Source: Squalus acanthias (Eukaryota). From it: DNA of 64,000 nt. A program made the position numbers and the translations under genes. The DNA lies in assembly GCA_030390025.1 (NCBI GenBank), contig CM059431.1, positions 140,494,001 to 140,558,000 on the forward strand, read 5' to 3'. Of the stretch, positions 13,500 through 25,913 are shown piece after piece (position 1 is the stretch's first letter; each line of letters starts with the position of its first letter). Under the pieces are notes generated by a model. That model saw nothing but the letters and a program-made list of their open reading frames with translations. It was not told the DNA's origin and did not search any database.

Positions 13500-14750
13500 G
13501 CTGTTCCCCACATATCTCTATTGGATACTCAACTTTTCACCATGTTTATTAATGATTTGGATGGAGCAACAGGGTGCTGTAGATCCAAGTTTGAAGATGA
13601 AACTAAGTTCGGATGCATTGTATTAGTGCAAATGGGAGCTGGACCTAACCAAATGAATAGAGACAGATGAAATAACAACAGAAAACGCTGCAAAAACTCA
13701 GCAGGCCAGGCAGCATCCGTGGAGAGAGAAACAGAGACTGATGAAATGTGTGGCAAAATTATGGCAAATCGTGTTCATTGTTCAAAAGTGTGACATCATG
13801 CACTTTGGAAACAAGTAAGATAATTCGGAGTAATTTAGAAATCATGTTGAGGAACCAAAAGGTTTGTGAGTCCCAGTTCACAAATCATTAAAAACAAGCA
13901 TACATGTACAAAAAGGCATTCAGTAAAGTCCCGCATAAGAGACTGTTCGCTAAGATTGACGCTCAAGGAATTGAAGGCAAATTACTCTCTTGGTTAGGAA
14001 ATTGGTTGAGCGATAGGTTACAGAGTGTACGGATAATTGGCAGGTAGCATAATTGGCAGGATATGACTCGTGGTGTCCCTGGGGGATCTGTATTGAGCCT
14101 GAACTATTCATCCTAGTTATTAGATGATGGGATTCAGAGCCACATATCCAAGTATGAAGATGACACAGAGATAGGCAACATTGCATGCAGTGCAGATGAA
14201 CGTATAACATTACAAATATATTGATAGATTAAGTGAATTTGCAAAACTGTGGCAAATGAATTTCAATATAGGCAAGTGTGAGGTATCAAGTTAGGACCTA
14301 AAAACAATAGATCAGAATATATGCTAAATGGTGAAAAGCTGGAATCAGTGGAGGTCGAAAGAGACTTAAGGGTCCTTGCAAATATATCATTTAATTATCG
14401 TGGACAGGTACAGAAAATAATCAAAAAATACTAATGTAATGCTGGTATTTATCTCTGGAGGACTACAGTAAAAGGGGTAGAAGTTATGCTACAGCTATAC
14501 AACCCCTGGTTAGATGTTCAGTTCTCTCCACCACACCTTGCATTAGTCTTTCAGACTGAAGCGTAGATTTACTCGAATGATATATCGACTCCAAGGGTTA
14601 AATTTCTAGGAGAGATTACACAAACTACGGTTGCATTCCCTAGAAGTTAGAAGGTTAATGGGCGATTTGATAGAAGTTTTCAAGATATTAAGGGGAACTG
14701 ATAGAGTAGATAAAGATAAACTATTTCGGATGGTTGGCGAGTCTGGGACT
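13500..14750 (+). mobile_element. Degenerate CR1 RT fragments, with a short PLE-type repeat at ~13672-13740
   Basis: Remnants of the KVPH, GVP.GS and DDT motifs and of the C-terminal RGDLIEV segment. Confidence 0.7.
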
Positions 14751-14759
14751 GGGCAGGGC

Positions 14760-15646
14760 CAATAAAGTCAGGGCTCCCGAGATGACGAAAAAGATAGTGT
14801 ATATGATGATGCAGAAAAAGATCTCGTATGGCAGACATCAGGTTGCAAAGACATAAGCGAATCTGGCTATATATAGAATGTTAACAGGAGAAGTGAAAAG
14901 GAAAATAAGAGGGGCAAGGAGACGACATGAGAATAGAATGGCAACCAACATAATAGGTAATCCAAAAGTCTTCTATAGGCATATAAATAGTAAAAGGGTA
15001 GTAAGAGGAGGAGTGGGGCCAATTAGGGACCTAAAAGGAGACACAGTCATGGAGACAAAGCGTATGGCTGAGGTAATAAACGAGTACTTTGTCTCTGTCT
15101 TCACCAAGGAAGAGGTTGCTGACATAGACATAGTGAAGGAGGAGGTAGTGGAACATTTGGTATTATAAAAGATTGATAAAGACGAGGAATTAGAAAGGCT
15201 GGCTCTATTAAAGTAGATAAAACACCAGGTGCGGATAGGATGCATCCCACGAGATTGAGGGAATTGAGTGCAGAAATCGCAGAGGTACTGGCCATAATAT
15301 TCCTAACCTCCATAGATACGTGGGTGGTGCCAGTGGACTTGAGAATTGTAAATGTTAAACTATTTTTTAAAAAGTGTGTGAGGATAAACCCAGCAACAAT
15401 AGCCCAGTCCGTTTAACCTCGGTAGTGGGAAGCATTTAGAAACAGTAATCAGGGACAAAATTAACAGTAACTTCGATAGGTGTCGAAAATTAAGGAAAGC
15501 CAGCACGGATTTGTTAATGGCAATTCGTGTTTAATCAACTTAATGGAGTTATTTGATGAGGTATCAGAACGTGCTGATGAGGGTAATGCGGTTGACGTCG
15601 GGTACATGGATTTCGAAAATGCGTTTGTGAAAGTGCCACATAATAG
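14760..15646 (+). mobile_element. CR1 LINE 'A', left part (continues at 20427-20706 and beyond the LTR)
   Basis: ORFs 14878-15168 and 15480-15662 are CR1 ORF2 segments. The sequence breaks at KVPH (acataatag) and resumes at 20427 with the same 9-mer. Confidence 0.85.
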
Positions 15647-16105
15647 AAACATAGAAACATAGAAGATAGGAGCAGGAGTAGGCCATTCGGCCCATCGAGC
15701 CTGTTCCGCCATTTAATGAGATCATGGCAGATCATCCAAATTCAGTACCCTGTCCCTGTTTTCTCTCCTTATCCCTTGAACCCTTTAGACATAAGAAATA
15801 TATTTAAATCCTTCTTGAATTTATTTAATGAATTGGCCTCAACTGCCTTGTGTGGTACAGAATTCCACAGGTTCACCACTCCCTGGGTGAACAAATTCCT
15901 CCTCATCTCAGTCCTAAATGGCTTACACCTTATCCTTAGACTGTAACCCCTGGTTCTGGACTCCCCCGCCATCGGGAACATCCTTCCTGCTTCTAGCCTC
16001 TCTAGTCCTGTTAGAATTTTATAAGTTTCAATGAGATCACCTCTCATTCTTCTAAACTCTAGCGAATATAAGCCTAATCGACCCAATCTCTCCTCATACG
16101 TCATT
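15647..16105 (-). mobile_element. CR1 LINE 'B', 3' end
   Basis: ORF 15769-16104 is the CR1 ORF2 C-terminus. (tagaaaca)n tail at 15647. Joins 18565-20426 if element C is removed. Confidence 0.85.
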
Positions 16106-18560
16106 CACAGAAACATAGAAACATAGAAGATAGGAGCAGGAGTCGGCCATTCTGCTCCGCGAGCCTGCTCCGCCATTCGATGAGATCATGGCTGATCATC
16201 CAAACTCAGTACCCTGTACCTGCCTTCTCCCCATACCCCTTGATACCTTTAGCTTTATGAAATATATCTGACTCATTCTTTAATATATTTAATGAGTTGG
16301 CCTCAACTAACTTCTGTGGCAGAGAATTCCACAGGTTCACCACTCTCTGGGTGAAGAATTTCTCCCTCATTTCTGTCCTAAATGGCTTGCCCCTTAACCT
16401 TAGATTATGACCCCTGGTTCTGGACTCTCCGACCACCGGGAACATTCTTCCTGCATCTAGATTGTCCAGATCTGTCAGAATTGTATATGTTTCGATGAGA
16501 TCCACTCTCATTTTCTATACTCCAGCAAGTATAAGCCGAATCGACCCAATCTCTCCTCATATTTCATTCCTGCCATCCCAGGTATCAGCCTTGTGAATCT
16601 TCGCTGAACTCCTTCCATGGCAAGATCATCCTTCCTCAGATAAGGCGACGAAAACTGCACACAGTACTCAAAGTGTGGTCTCACCAAGGCCCTGTACAAC
16701 TGCATCAAGACATCCCTGTTCCTATACTCAAACCCTTTCGCTATGAAGGCCGACATACCATTTGCCTTCTTCAGCGCCTGCAGCACCTGCATGCTTACTT
16801 TCAGCGACTGGTGCACAAGGCCACAGAGGTCTCGTTGCACTTCCCCTTCTCCCAATCTATTGCCATTCAGATAATAGTCTGCCTTTCTGTTTTTGACATC
16901 AAAGTGGATAACCTCGCACTTATCCACGTTATATTGCATCTGGCACTCTTCTGCCCACTCACCCAACCTGTCCAAATCATCCTGTACTTTCTCGGTATCC
17001 TCCTCGAAGCACATACGCTCACCCAGCTTTATGTCATCTGCAAACTTGGAGATATTACATTTAGTTCCCTTATCTACATCATTAATGTATATTGTGAATA
17101 GCTGGGGTCCAAGGACCGATTCCTGCGGTACCCCACGAGTCACTGCCTGCCACTCGGAAAAAGACCCATTAATTCCTGCTCTCTGCTTTCTGTCCGCCAA
17201 ACCAGTTCTCTATCCAATTCAATACCTTGCCCCCAATCCCATTTGCCTTAAATTTACATGCTAATCTCATATGCGGGACCTTATCGAAAGCCTTTTGAAA
17301 GTCCAAATACACCACATCTACTGGTTCTCCCTTATCTATTTTCCCAGTTACATCCTCAAAAAATTCCAGTAGCTGTGTCAAGCACGATTTACCTTTTGTA
17401 AATCCATGTTGACTTTGTCCGATCCTGTCACTGTTTTTCAAGTGCTCAGCTATTACATCCTTTATAATGGACTTTAGCATTTTCCCCACTACCGATGTCA
17501 GGCTTACCGGTCTGTAATTCCCCGCTTTCTCTCTACCACACTTCTTTTAATAGTGGGGTAACATTAGCTACCATCCAATCCATGGGTACAGTTCCAGATT
17601 CCATCGAATGTTGGAAGATGATCAGCAATGCATCTACTATTTCTAGGGCCACTTCCTTAAGTACCCTAGGATGTAGATTATCAGGCCTTGGGGATTTATC
17701 GACCTTCAATCCCGTCAATTTCCCTAACACCATTTCCCTGCAAATACTGATTTCTTTCAGTTCCTCCCTTTCCTTGTACCCTATGTTCTCCAACATCTCT
17801 GGGAGGTTATTTGTGTCCTCCTTTGTGAAGACAGAACCAAAATATGCATATAATTGGACTGCCATTTCTTTGTTACCCATTATAACTTCCCCCGCTTCTG
17901 ACTGCAAGGGACCTACACTTGATTTCACTAATCTTTTTCTGTTCACATATCTATAAAAGCTCTTACAGTCAGTTATTATGTTCCCTGCAAGCTTACTTTC
18001 ATATTCTGTTTTCCCCTTCTAAATTAATCCCTTTGTCCTCCTTTGTTGAATCCTGAACTGCTCCCGATCCTCAGGGTTACCGCTTTATCTGGCCAATTTA
18101 TATGCCCTCTCCTTGGATCTTATGCTATCCCTAACTTCCCTTGTTAGCCACGGTTGAGTTACCCTTTTTGTTTTATTCTTATGCCACACTGGGATGAACA
18201 CATTCTGTAGTTCATCCATGCAGTCCTTGAATGTTTGCCATTGCCTATCCAACGTCAACCCTTTGAGTGACATTCCCCAATCAATCCTACCCAATTCGCG
18301 CCTCATACCATCGTAGTTTCCTTTATTTAAATTCAGGACCCTAGTCTCTGATTCAACTACTTCAGTCTCCATCCTAATGAAGAATTCTATCATATTATGA
18401 TCACTCTGACCAAGGGGCCCCGTACAACAAGATTGCAAATTAATCCTTTCTCGTTACATTATACCCAGTCTAAGATGGCCTGATCTCTGGTTGGTTCCTC
18501 GAAATATTGTTCCAGAAAACCATCCCGTAAACACTCTAGGAATTTCTCCTCCACAGTATT
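16106..18560 (-). mobile_element. CR1 LINE 'C' nested in CR1 'B'
   Basis: Has its own tail at ~16110. Frameshifted RT ORFs 16206-18438 (FADD motif). Very similar to the CR1 at 1-2003. Confidence 0.88.
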
Positions 18561-18564
18561 TTTT

Positions 18565-20426
18565 GGCTGCCATCCCAGGTATCAGTCTGGTGAATCTTCG
18601 CTGCACTCTCTCCATGGCAAGAACAGCCTTCCTCAGATAAAGTGACCAAAACTGCACACAATACTCAAAGTGTGATCTCACCAAGGCCCTGTACAACTAC
18701 AGGGTCCTTGCTCCTGTACTCGAATCCTCTCTCTATGATGGCTAACATACCATTTGCCTTCTTAACCGTCTGCTGCACTTGCATGCTTACTTTCAGGGAC
18801 TGGTGCACAAGGACACCCAGGTCTCGTTGCACTTCCCCTTTCCCAATCTATTGCTGTTCAGATAATAATCTGTCTTCCTGTTTTTGCCACCAAAGTGGAT
18901 AACATCACATTTATCCACATTATACTGCATTTGGCATGTATCTGCAAATCACTCAACCTGTCCAAATCATACTGGAGTTTCTCTGCATCATCCTCACAGC
19001 ACACACGCCCAACCAGCATTGTTTCATCTGCAAACTTGGAGATATTACATCTACTTCCCTCGTCTAGATCATTTATATATATTGTGAATAGCTGGGCTCC
19101 TAGCAACGATCCCTGCGGTACACCACTAGTCACTGCCTGTCACTCGGAAAAAGACCCGTTTATTCCAACATTTTGCTTCCTGTCTGCCAATCAGTTCTCT
19201 ATCCAAGACAGTACCTTACTACCAATCCCGTGTGCTTCAACTTTGCACGCTAATCTATTTTGCGGGACTTCATCGAAAGCCTTCTGAAAGTCCAAATACA
19301 CCACATCCACTGGTTCTCCCTTATCTATTCTACCAGTTACATCCTCAAAAAATTCCAGTAGATTGGTCAAGCATGATTTACCTTTTGTATATCCATGTTC
19401 ACTTTGTCCGATCCTGTCACTGTTTTCCAAGCGCTCTGCCATTACATCTTTTATAATGGACTCTAGCATTTCCCCCACTACTGATGTCAGACTTACCGGT
19501 CGAATATTCCCCGTTTTCTCTCGGCCACCTTTTTTAAATAGTGGGGTTACATTAGCTATCCACCAATCCATGCCAACTGTTCCAGAGTCTATAGAATTTT
19601 GGAAGATGACCAGCAATGCATCTACTATTTCGAGGGCCACTTCCTTAAGTGCCCTAGGATGTAGATTATCAGGCCCTGGGGATTTATCGGCCTTTAATCC
19701 TGTCAATTTCCCGAACAGCATTTCCCTACAAATACTGAATTCATTCAATTCCTCCCTCTCATTAGACCCTACGTTCGCCGACATCTCTGGGAGGTTATTT
19801 GTGTCCTCCTTTGTGCAGACAGAACCAAAGTATGTATTTAATTTGACTGCCATTTCTTTGTTCCCCATTATAAAATCCCCTGATTCTGACTGCAAGGGAC
19901 CTACACTTGACATCACTTATCTTCTTCTCTTCACATATTTATAGAAGCCTTTACAGTCAGCTTTTATGTTCCCTGTATGCTTACTCTCATAATCTATTTT
20001 CCCCCTTTTAATTAATTCCTTTGTCCTCCTTTGCTGAATCCTAAACTGCTCCCAGTCCTCAGGTTTGCTGCTTTTTCTGGCCAAATTATATGTCCTCTCA
20101 TTGGATTTTATGCTATCCTTAATTTCCCTTGTTAGCCACGTTTGAGTCACTCCTTTTGTTTTATTTTTATGCTAAACAGGGATGAACAGATTCTGTAGTT
20201 CATCCATGCGATCTTTAAACGTTTGCCATTGCCTATCCACCACCAACCCTTTAAGGAACGATTCCCAATTCATCCTAGCCAACTCGTGCTTCATACCATC
20301 GTAGTTTCCTTTATTTAAATTCAGGACCCTAGTCTCTGAGTTAACTAATTCACTCTCCATTATATTATGATCGTTCCTCCCCAAGGGGCCTCGCACAACA
20401 CGATTGCTAATTGATCCTTTCACATT
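18565..20426 (-). mobile_element. CR1 LINE 'B', 5' part
   Basis: ORFs 18858-19133, 19191-19916, 19917-20150 and 20172-20423 are consecutive CR1 ORF2 pieces. Confidence 0.88.
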
Positions 20427-20706
20427 ACATAATAGGCTTTGTAAAAATTTGAAGCTAATGGAATGAAATGGACAGTGGCAGCATGGATACTAAATTGGCT
20501 AGGTGAAAGGAAACTGAGAGTAGTCGTGAACGGTTGTTTTTCGGACAAGAGGACGCTAGATAGTGGTGTTCCCCAGGGGTCCGTTCTCGGACCACTGATT
20601 TTCTTGATATATATTAATGACTTGGACGTTGGTGTTCAGGGCACTATTTCAAACTTTGTAGACGACACAAAACTTGGAACAATAGTGAACAATGCGGAGG
20701 ATAGAG
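20427..20706 (+). mobile_element. CR1 LINE 'A', middle part, target of the ERV insertion
   Basis: ORF 20463-20711 (SGVPQGSVLGP, FVDDTKL) is cut at AGAG (20703-20706) by the LTR. Confidence 0.88.
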
Positions 20707-22373
20707 TGTAAGGGTTTTTGTGTGTGTGACACGCCTGAGGCTCTGTGCGTAGCCTGGGTGCTCGTGCGAGGTTAGGCCTTGTTGCCTGTTCTGGTCTCCA
20801 GCCAGCCTGGTATCACTAGACACCTGTGAGTGGTTCGACCCACTCGCCCTTACGGTTCTGACACTGGACTTAGATGCGAGAGCAATAACGCAGAGAAAAC
20901 TCAGGTAGACCCGGTTGAATAGTGCGAAATGGAAAATCTTTATTGCATATTATTCAAGATTACGAAATACATGTCATAAGCACAGATTAATGACAGTACA
21001 ATCTTACACGCAGGTATGTAACTAATTTTAGGGAAACGAGGAGCGCATGACACATCGAAAAAGGGGGCACACATTACAATTATCCTTAAAACTTCAACCC
21101 TCCCCTATTAATACCTGACCTAAACTAGATTTGTAGGATCGAGACTCATGCTCACCACTCGTGATAACTCGGAGAATTCCGAAACTCTGCTCGGATGTTT
21201 TTACCGCAGCACCTGACCACCCACGTGTTGATTTGGGGTCTCTGTACCCCACTTGTTTACACGTTTCTGCTCCGGCTAGCAGGCTGGACCGTCTGCTGTC
21301 ATGAAGATCTGTGTTGTCCTCGGAGTTCCGACACGACTCGAAAAAATAGTCTTCCTGTGCCCTCACGCCAGTTTGTAAAGCTCAAAGAATGGTCTTCCTG
21401 GGCAAGGAAAGTGTTTATTCGACCTACAGGCGCGGTCGGGGCTTACTGACCGTGGCGATACGTATGGTCGTCTTCTTCTCTTCTCATCTCATCTCATCTC
21501 ATCTCATCTCATCTCATCTCGGGCCTTCGGTTCCAACACCGTTTACCGACTTCTCGGGATGGTGTGCCCGTTTCAAGGCTTCACAGCCCAGTTCCACACA
21601 GATCTTCGCGGCAAGCCACGAGGTCGATCCTGGCGGATCAGAAAGTTCAATAGTCTTCTAGCAAGTCGAGCAGCAAGGAGTCAAGAGACAGCGTCGCAGG
21701 CGAAGAGGCAAGAGACAGATGCAAGAGCAAGCGGCAAGAGACAGATGGACGGTTGTACCTTTACAGTTATAGTGCTGCAATTCCTCTTTTCCCGCCCAAT
21801 CTTAATGTCTTTTCTTTTGTCAGGGTTTTGGCGCTCAAACTTCTTGTATAGGGTGATCTCCGTTTTAATGGGTTTCGGTGATACTTGTAACTGTCTGAGT
21901 ACCCGTTAATACTTCTCCCATTGTGTAACCAGTCAGTATTCTCCCTGGAGGGCTTTTGGGGCTTCCAAATGTTTCTGTAACTACCCGCAAACGGCTCTCT
22001 CATCGTAGAGTCGTGGGGATTTTGCATATTAATGTCTCTGGATGGGTTCTTGATCGCTCTGTACAATAGCCCTTATTCGCAGCTGGGAGACCGATTCCAG
22101 TATTTATGTGTAAAATGCAAACCCATTATGTCTTGTGAATTATCTCAAATGTGCTGAGTCTTGTCCGATCTCGCACAAATGTTTATTGGAACGCCATCTT
22201 GTCTGCTTATCGAAAAGTCTAGAATGTTCTGCCACGAGGCGTGGCGGCCATTTTACAGGATGCTTGTGTCCACTTTGAAAACCTGACAGCATTCTGCTGA
22301 AATAAAGCTGTTTGTACGAAACTATGTGTCTCCTCCTTATTTATAAAATCGCGATAATATTGCGAATTCTACA
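20707..22373 (-). repeat. 3' LTR of ERV (1667 bp)
   Basis: TGTA...TACA termini. Near-identical to 32215-33870. Minus-strand AATAAA at 20939-20944. Internal (TCTCA)n microsatellite at ~21480-21520. Confidence 0.95.
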
Positions 22374-23228
22374 AGAGATAGACTTCAGGAAGACAGGCTG
22401 GTGAAATGGTCGGACACGTGTCAGATGAAATTTAATGCAGAAAAGTGTGAAGTAATATATTTCGGTAGAAAGAATGAGGAGAGAACATATAAACTAAAGG
22501 GTACGATGCCAAAGTGGTTGCACGAATAGAGGGACCTGGGGCTATGTTTGCACAAATCGTTGAAGGTGGCAGGGCAGCTTGAGAAAGCAGTTACAAAAGG
22601 ATTACGGGATCGTGGGCTTCATAAATAGAGGTATAGAGTTAGAAATCAAGGACGTTATGATGAACCTATATAAAACACTGCTTCGGCACCAACTGGAGTA
22701 CTGTGTCCAATTCTGGGCACCACACTTTAGGAAGGATGTGAAGGCCTTCGAGAAGGTACAGAAAATATATACGATAATGATTCTAGCAATGAGGGTCATC
22801 AGTTACTTGAATAGACTGGAGAAGCTGTGGTCATTCTCCTTGGAGCAGAGAAGATTGAAAGGAGATTTAATAGAGGTGTTCAAAATCATGAGTGACTGGA
22901 CAGATTAGTTAGAGAGAATCTGTTCCCATTGACAGTATGTTCGAGAACCAGAGGACACAGATTAAGGTGATTGGCAAAAGAACCAAAGGCGACAAGAGAA
23001 AAAACTTTTTTACGCGGCGAGTGGTTAACATCTGGAATACACTGCCAAAATGGAGTTGGAGGAGTATCTGAGGGGGGGAAATGCAGAGCTAAGGGGAAGC
23101 GGCAGGGGAGTGGGACTAGCTGAGAGTCGGTACTGTCTTGATGTGCCGAATGGCCTGCTTGCGTGCTGTAACCATTCTATGGTTCTATGTAACTGACTAG
23201 ATGGGCTGCTTCACTTTCTCCTTTTCCT
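22374..23228 (+). repeat. Duplicated host flank (CR1 'A' 3' part), copy lying inside the provirus
   Basis: About 99% identical by eye to 33871-34724. Starts with AGAG and ends at ...ctttctccttttcct, where it joins ERV sequence just downstream of the env stop. Confidence 0.93.
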
Positions 23229-23272
23229 TCCGAGGCGCACGTGGCAAACGGGAGTGACGCCATTTTGTCTGG

Positions 23273-25624
23273 TTACACGGTGCTTTCATCGTGCACGCGC
23301 ACGTAGCGTTCTCGCCACTCTCCCGTGTTTTCGTTCTTGGTGAGGCGTTTGCCTCTTTTACAATGCACGACCAATAAGTATACCACAATAAACACTTGGC
23401 ATACAACTAAAATGTGGGAGGCTATCCTAATCCAGGAAGGCACTTCAATGTTGGTGAACAGATTCCACCATGGTGGAATTACTATGTCCAGAATTTCTGT
23501 CCCTATCTCGACAGTCTTCTGTTCTAGTGTGTAAAAATGTTTTTGTGATACCGCGACGGCTTTTAAAAGCTTGGTGAGGTGTTCAGGGAGAGGGGGAATG
23601 AGGTATCCGAAATGCGCGACGAATTGCTGCAGGTCGGTGAAGTTCTCTTTTACGGTAAGATGAACTGTGGATGGTTCAGGGATTGGGACAATTCGCTGTT
23701 GTGCTACTTGAACTTCCGCCCTGGGTTTGAAACAGAAACTGCTGTCACTCACCGGACACCGGCTACGGTTTCCATGTTGGTAGTGTTGCGCTGCAGTGGT
23801 AACACAATATGTTCCACCCCCGATGTATGCTACCTGTGGAGGCACATGATCTTGTGCCATTGCCTCCATGGTGCAATTCATGGGCTTGGCGCCAGCCGTT
23901 CTGAACCCGCACTGTGGTGTTAAAAAGGCATTCAAGTGCTGGGGACACAGTATTATGTGTGCTCCCCTGCCACGACAACCAGAGAGATCTGTACCTGTCA
24001 TCGTTTGCTCCCAGCGGATGATGTAAGGTGGAACCGCTGCATAGCGAATGTGGGCTCCCCCCTGAATGACACCAATGTTCTCTACTCGATACACCGGGGC
24101 GGGCTTTGTTGTGTCGCCCAAAACCGGCATACGTAACACTATACCCATAATGGTATGGTTTGATCGTCCGCAGTCCACGGGGACTGGGTATGCTTCTGAA
24201 GCTAGCCTGAGCTGGCACGGGCTTAATGTGTTCTGAAAAGGGTTGAGCGCCTGCAGGTGTTTGTTACTTATCCAGGACGGGACCAAACCTTGTTTTAAAT
24301 CCTCCAAATTACTGCAGCCCTCACCGAGTAACCACGCCCCGTAAAGCACGCACACCTCATTCTGCGCAGCCTGATTGGACGCATTCCGATCTTCCCTGAT
24401 CAGGGCATTTACCGTTCTCGCGTGTTTCTCCAGCTCTGCTTTAATTTCCTTTAAGTGGAGAGTCATGGCCTGGTCCTCGTGTAACCCAGACCCAACCACC
24501 TTATTTTCATCTGTGAGAATGCTTTTTAATTGCGTTTTTAAGCCATTAATCTGGGTCTGCAGCTCCACGCTGTCTAGAGCATTGACCACAGATGTACCTG
24601 TGTTGAAAGCAGTGAACGCGTCGTTCACAACACCCCTTCTTTGCCTCCCCACCTGATCCAAAACTTCATGTGGTGCGGTGTACAAACTTGTTTTATCAAT
24701 TTCCGTGAAATCGAACTCATAAAATTGTCTGAACATCTTGGTCAACAGGACCTGATACAACTGTTCCGTCTTTTTGGGGCACCACTCTGGTAACCGCACC
24801 TCGGTGAGATTTAAAATCACCGAGGCCACCACGTAATGTACCCCCTGAAATAGTATCTGGTCTGTTGGGACCAGTACCAAACCATTCCCGGGTCCCTTAC
24901 TGGTTTTAGGGCACCCTTCTTCCTTAGCTAGAACCACCGGAATCGTGGGCGGGGCTTTGCGTGGGCGCGTAATGAGTTCAGTGGCATTTACTGGGATCGG
25001 GGAGTATGGAGCTCCGCACCCCCTGGTGCTCGCATCCCACCTCATCCCCTGTCCGTTATCCTGCCATTGATTGATGAAAAATATGGAGATGCCTTTGGGG
25101 CAAACGTACTTTGACCCCCACATACATACATAAATTCCCTCATCCGGTTCCCACCATTTGTCCCAACAGACTCGCACTTGTCCGTTTGTCCCCGTAATTG
25201 TCCGATGGGTATTATTACCCAGTCACTCCCACTTGACCGAAGAGTTCCTCATGTTTTTGCTCAGCTTTCGTAGCCACCACCATCGGCTCAATGGGACATT
25301 CCCGTTACAAGTCAAACAAATCCGTTTTCCGACGGTGACGCTGATTCTGGGTGCGATGATCCTTACTTTGGGGCACAGTAAAGAAGTCTCTTGGTAGGCA
25401 AACCCCGATGTGCTGGAATACTCAGTGGAGTTTGTTCCCAGCCATCCTGGCCACCTTCCCTTGTGGAAATAGGTGGTGGTCTCCTCCGCCTCTCGTCTTC
25501 CGGTCCCATCCACCGTGATGGGGGCCGTGTCCCCGGAGCATCCAAACACCACGACATCCTTGGTGTGGCCTCGATAGGCCAATCCACATCCGATTGCCGC
25601 GAGCAATGCTAGAATTCGTTCCAT
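23273..25624 (-). pseudogene. env: ERV envelope glycoprotein (~783 codons; one in-frame stop at 25223-25225)
   Basis: Signal peptide MERILALLAAIGCGLA, then an Ig-like motif set. Furin site RQRR (24635-24646) is followed by a hydrophobic small-residue peptide, a heptad repeat, a Cys-rich region, a C-terminal TM helix and a short tail. The two ORFs are in the same frame. Confidence 0.88.
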
Positions 25625-25913
25625 CCTTCCTTGGTTCCTATGATCAGATAGAATGAGGTAGCCAGCCTCGCAAGAGTCTCTGGCTTTTGCGAAGGGTGAG
25701 CGGGTCCCCTGACCTCGCCTCACGTAAGAAGACATGTGTGCTGGATAAACTTTAACTAATCCTATCTCTAAAACTCCCATCATTTTACCTCTTTCTATTA
25801 AGCAAAATTAAACTACCGACTTAAACCGATTTAAAACTATAACCTCATCTAAAACTATAAACTTATTCTTAACCTTAAACTGTACAGCGCCGCCCGTTCC
25901 CAGGGCGGCCCAT

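Noticed and set aside
21094..22066. ORFs in the LTR as accessory genes (also 32702-33563)
   Set aside because: Short, with no recognisable domain. Presence in both LTRs only reflects the duplication.
20707..22373. Independent solo LTR or a second insertion
   Set aside because: It shares the exact AGAG junction and CR1 flank with the right LTR, so one integration plus later rearrangement is the simpler explanation.
23273..25177. Domesticated, syncytin-like env gene
   Set aside because: The 634-aa ORF lacks its signal peptide because of the upstream stop, and is no better preserved than gag or pol.
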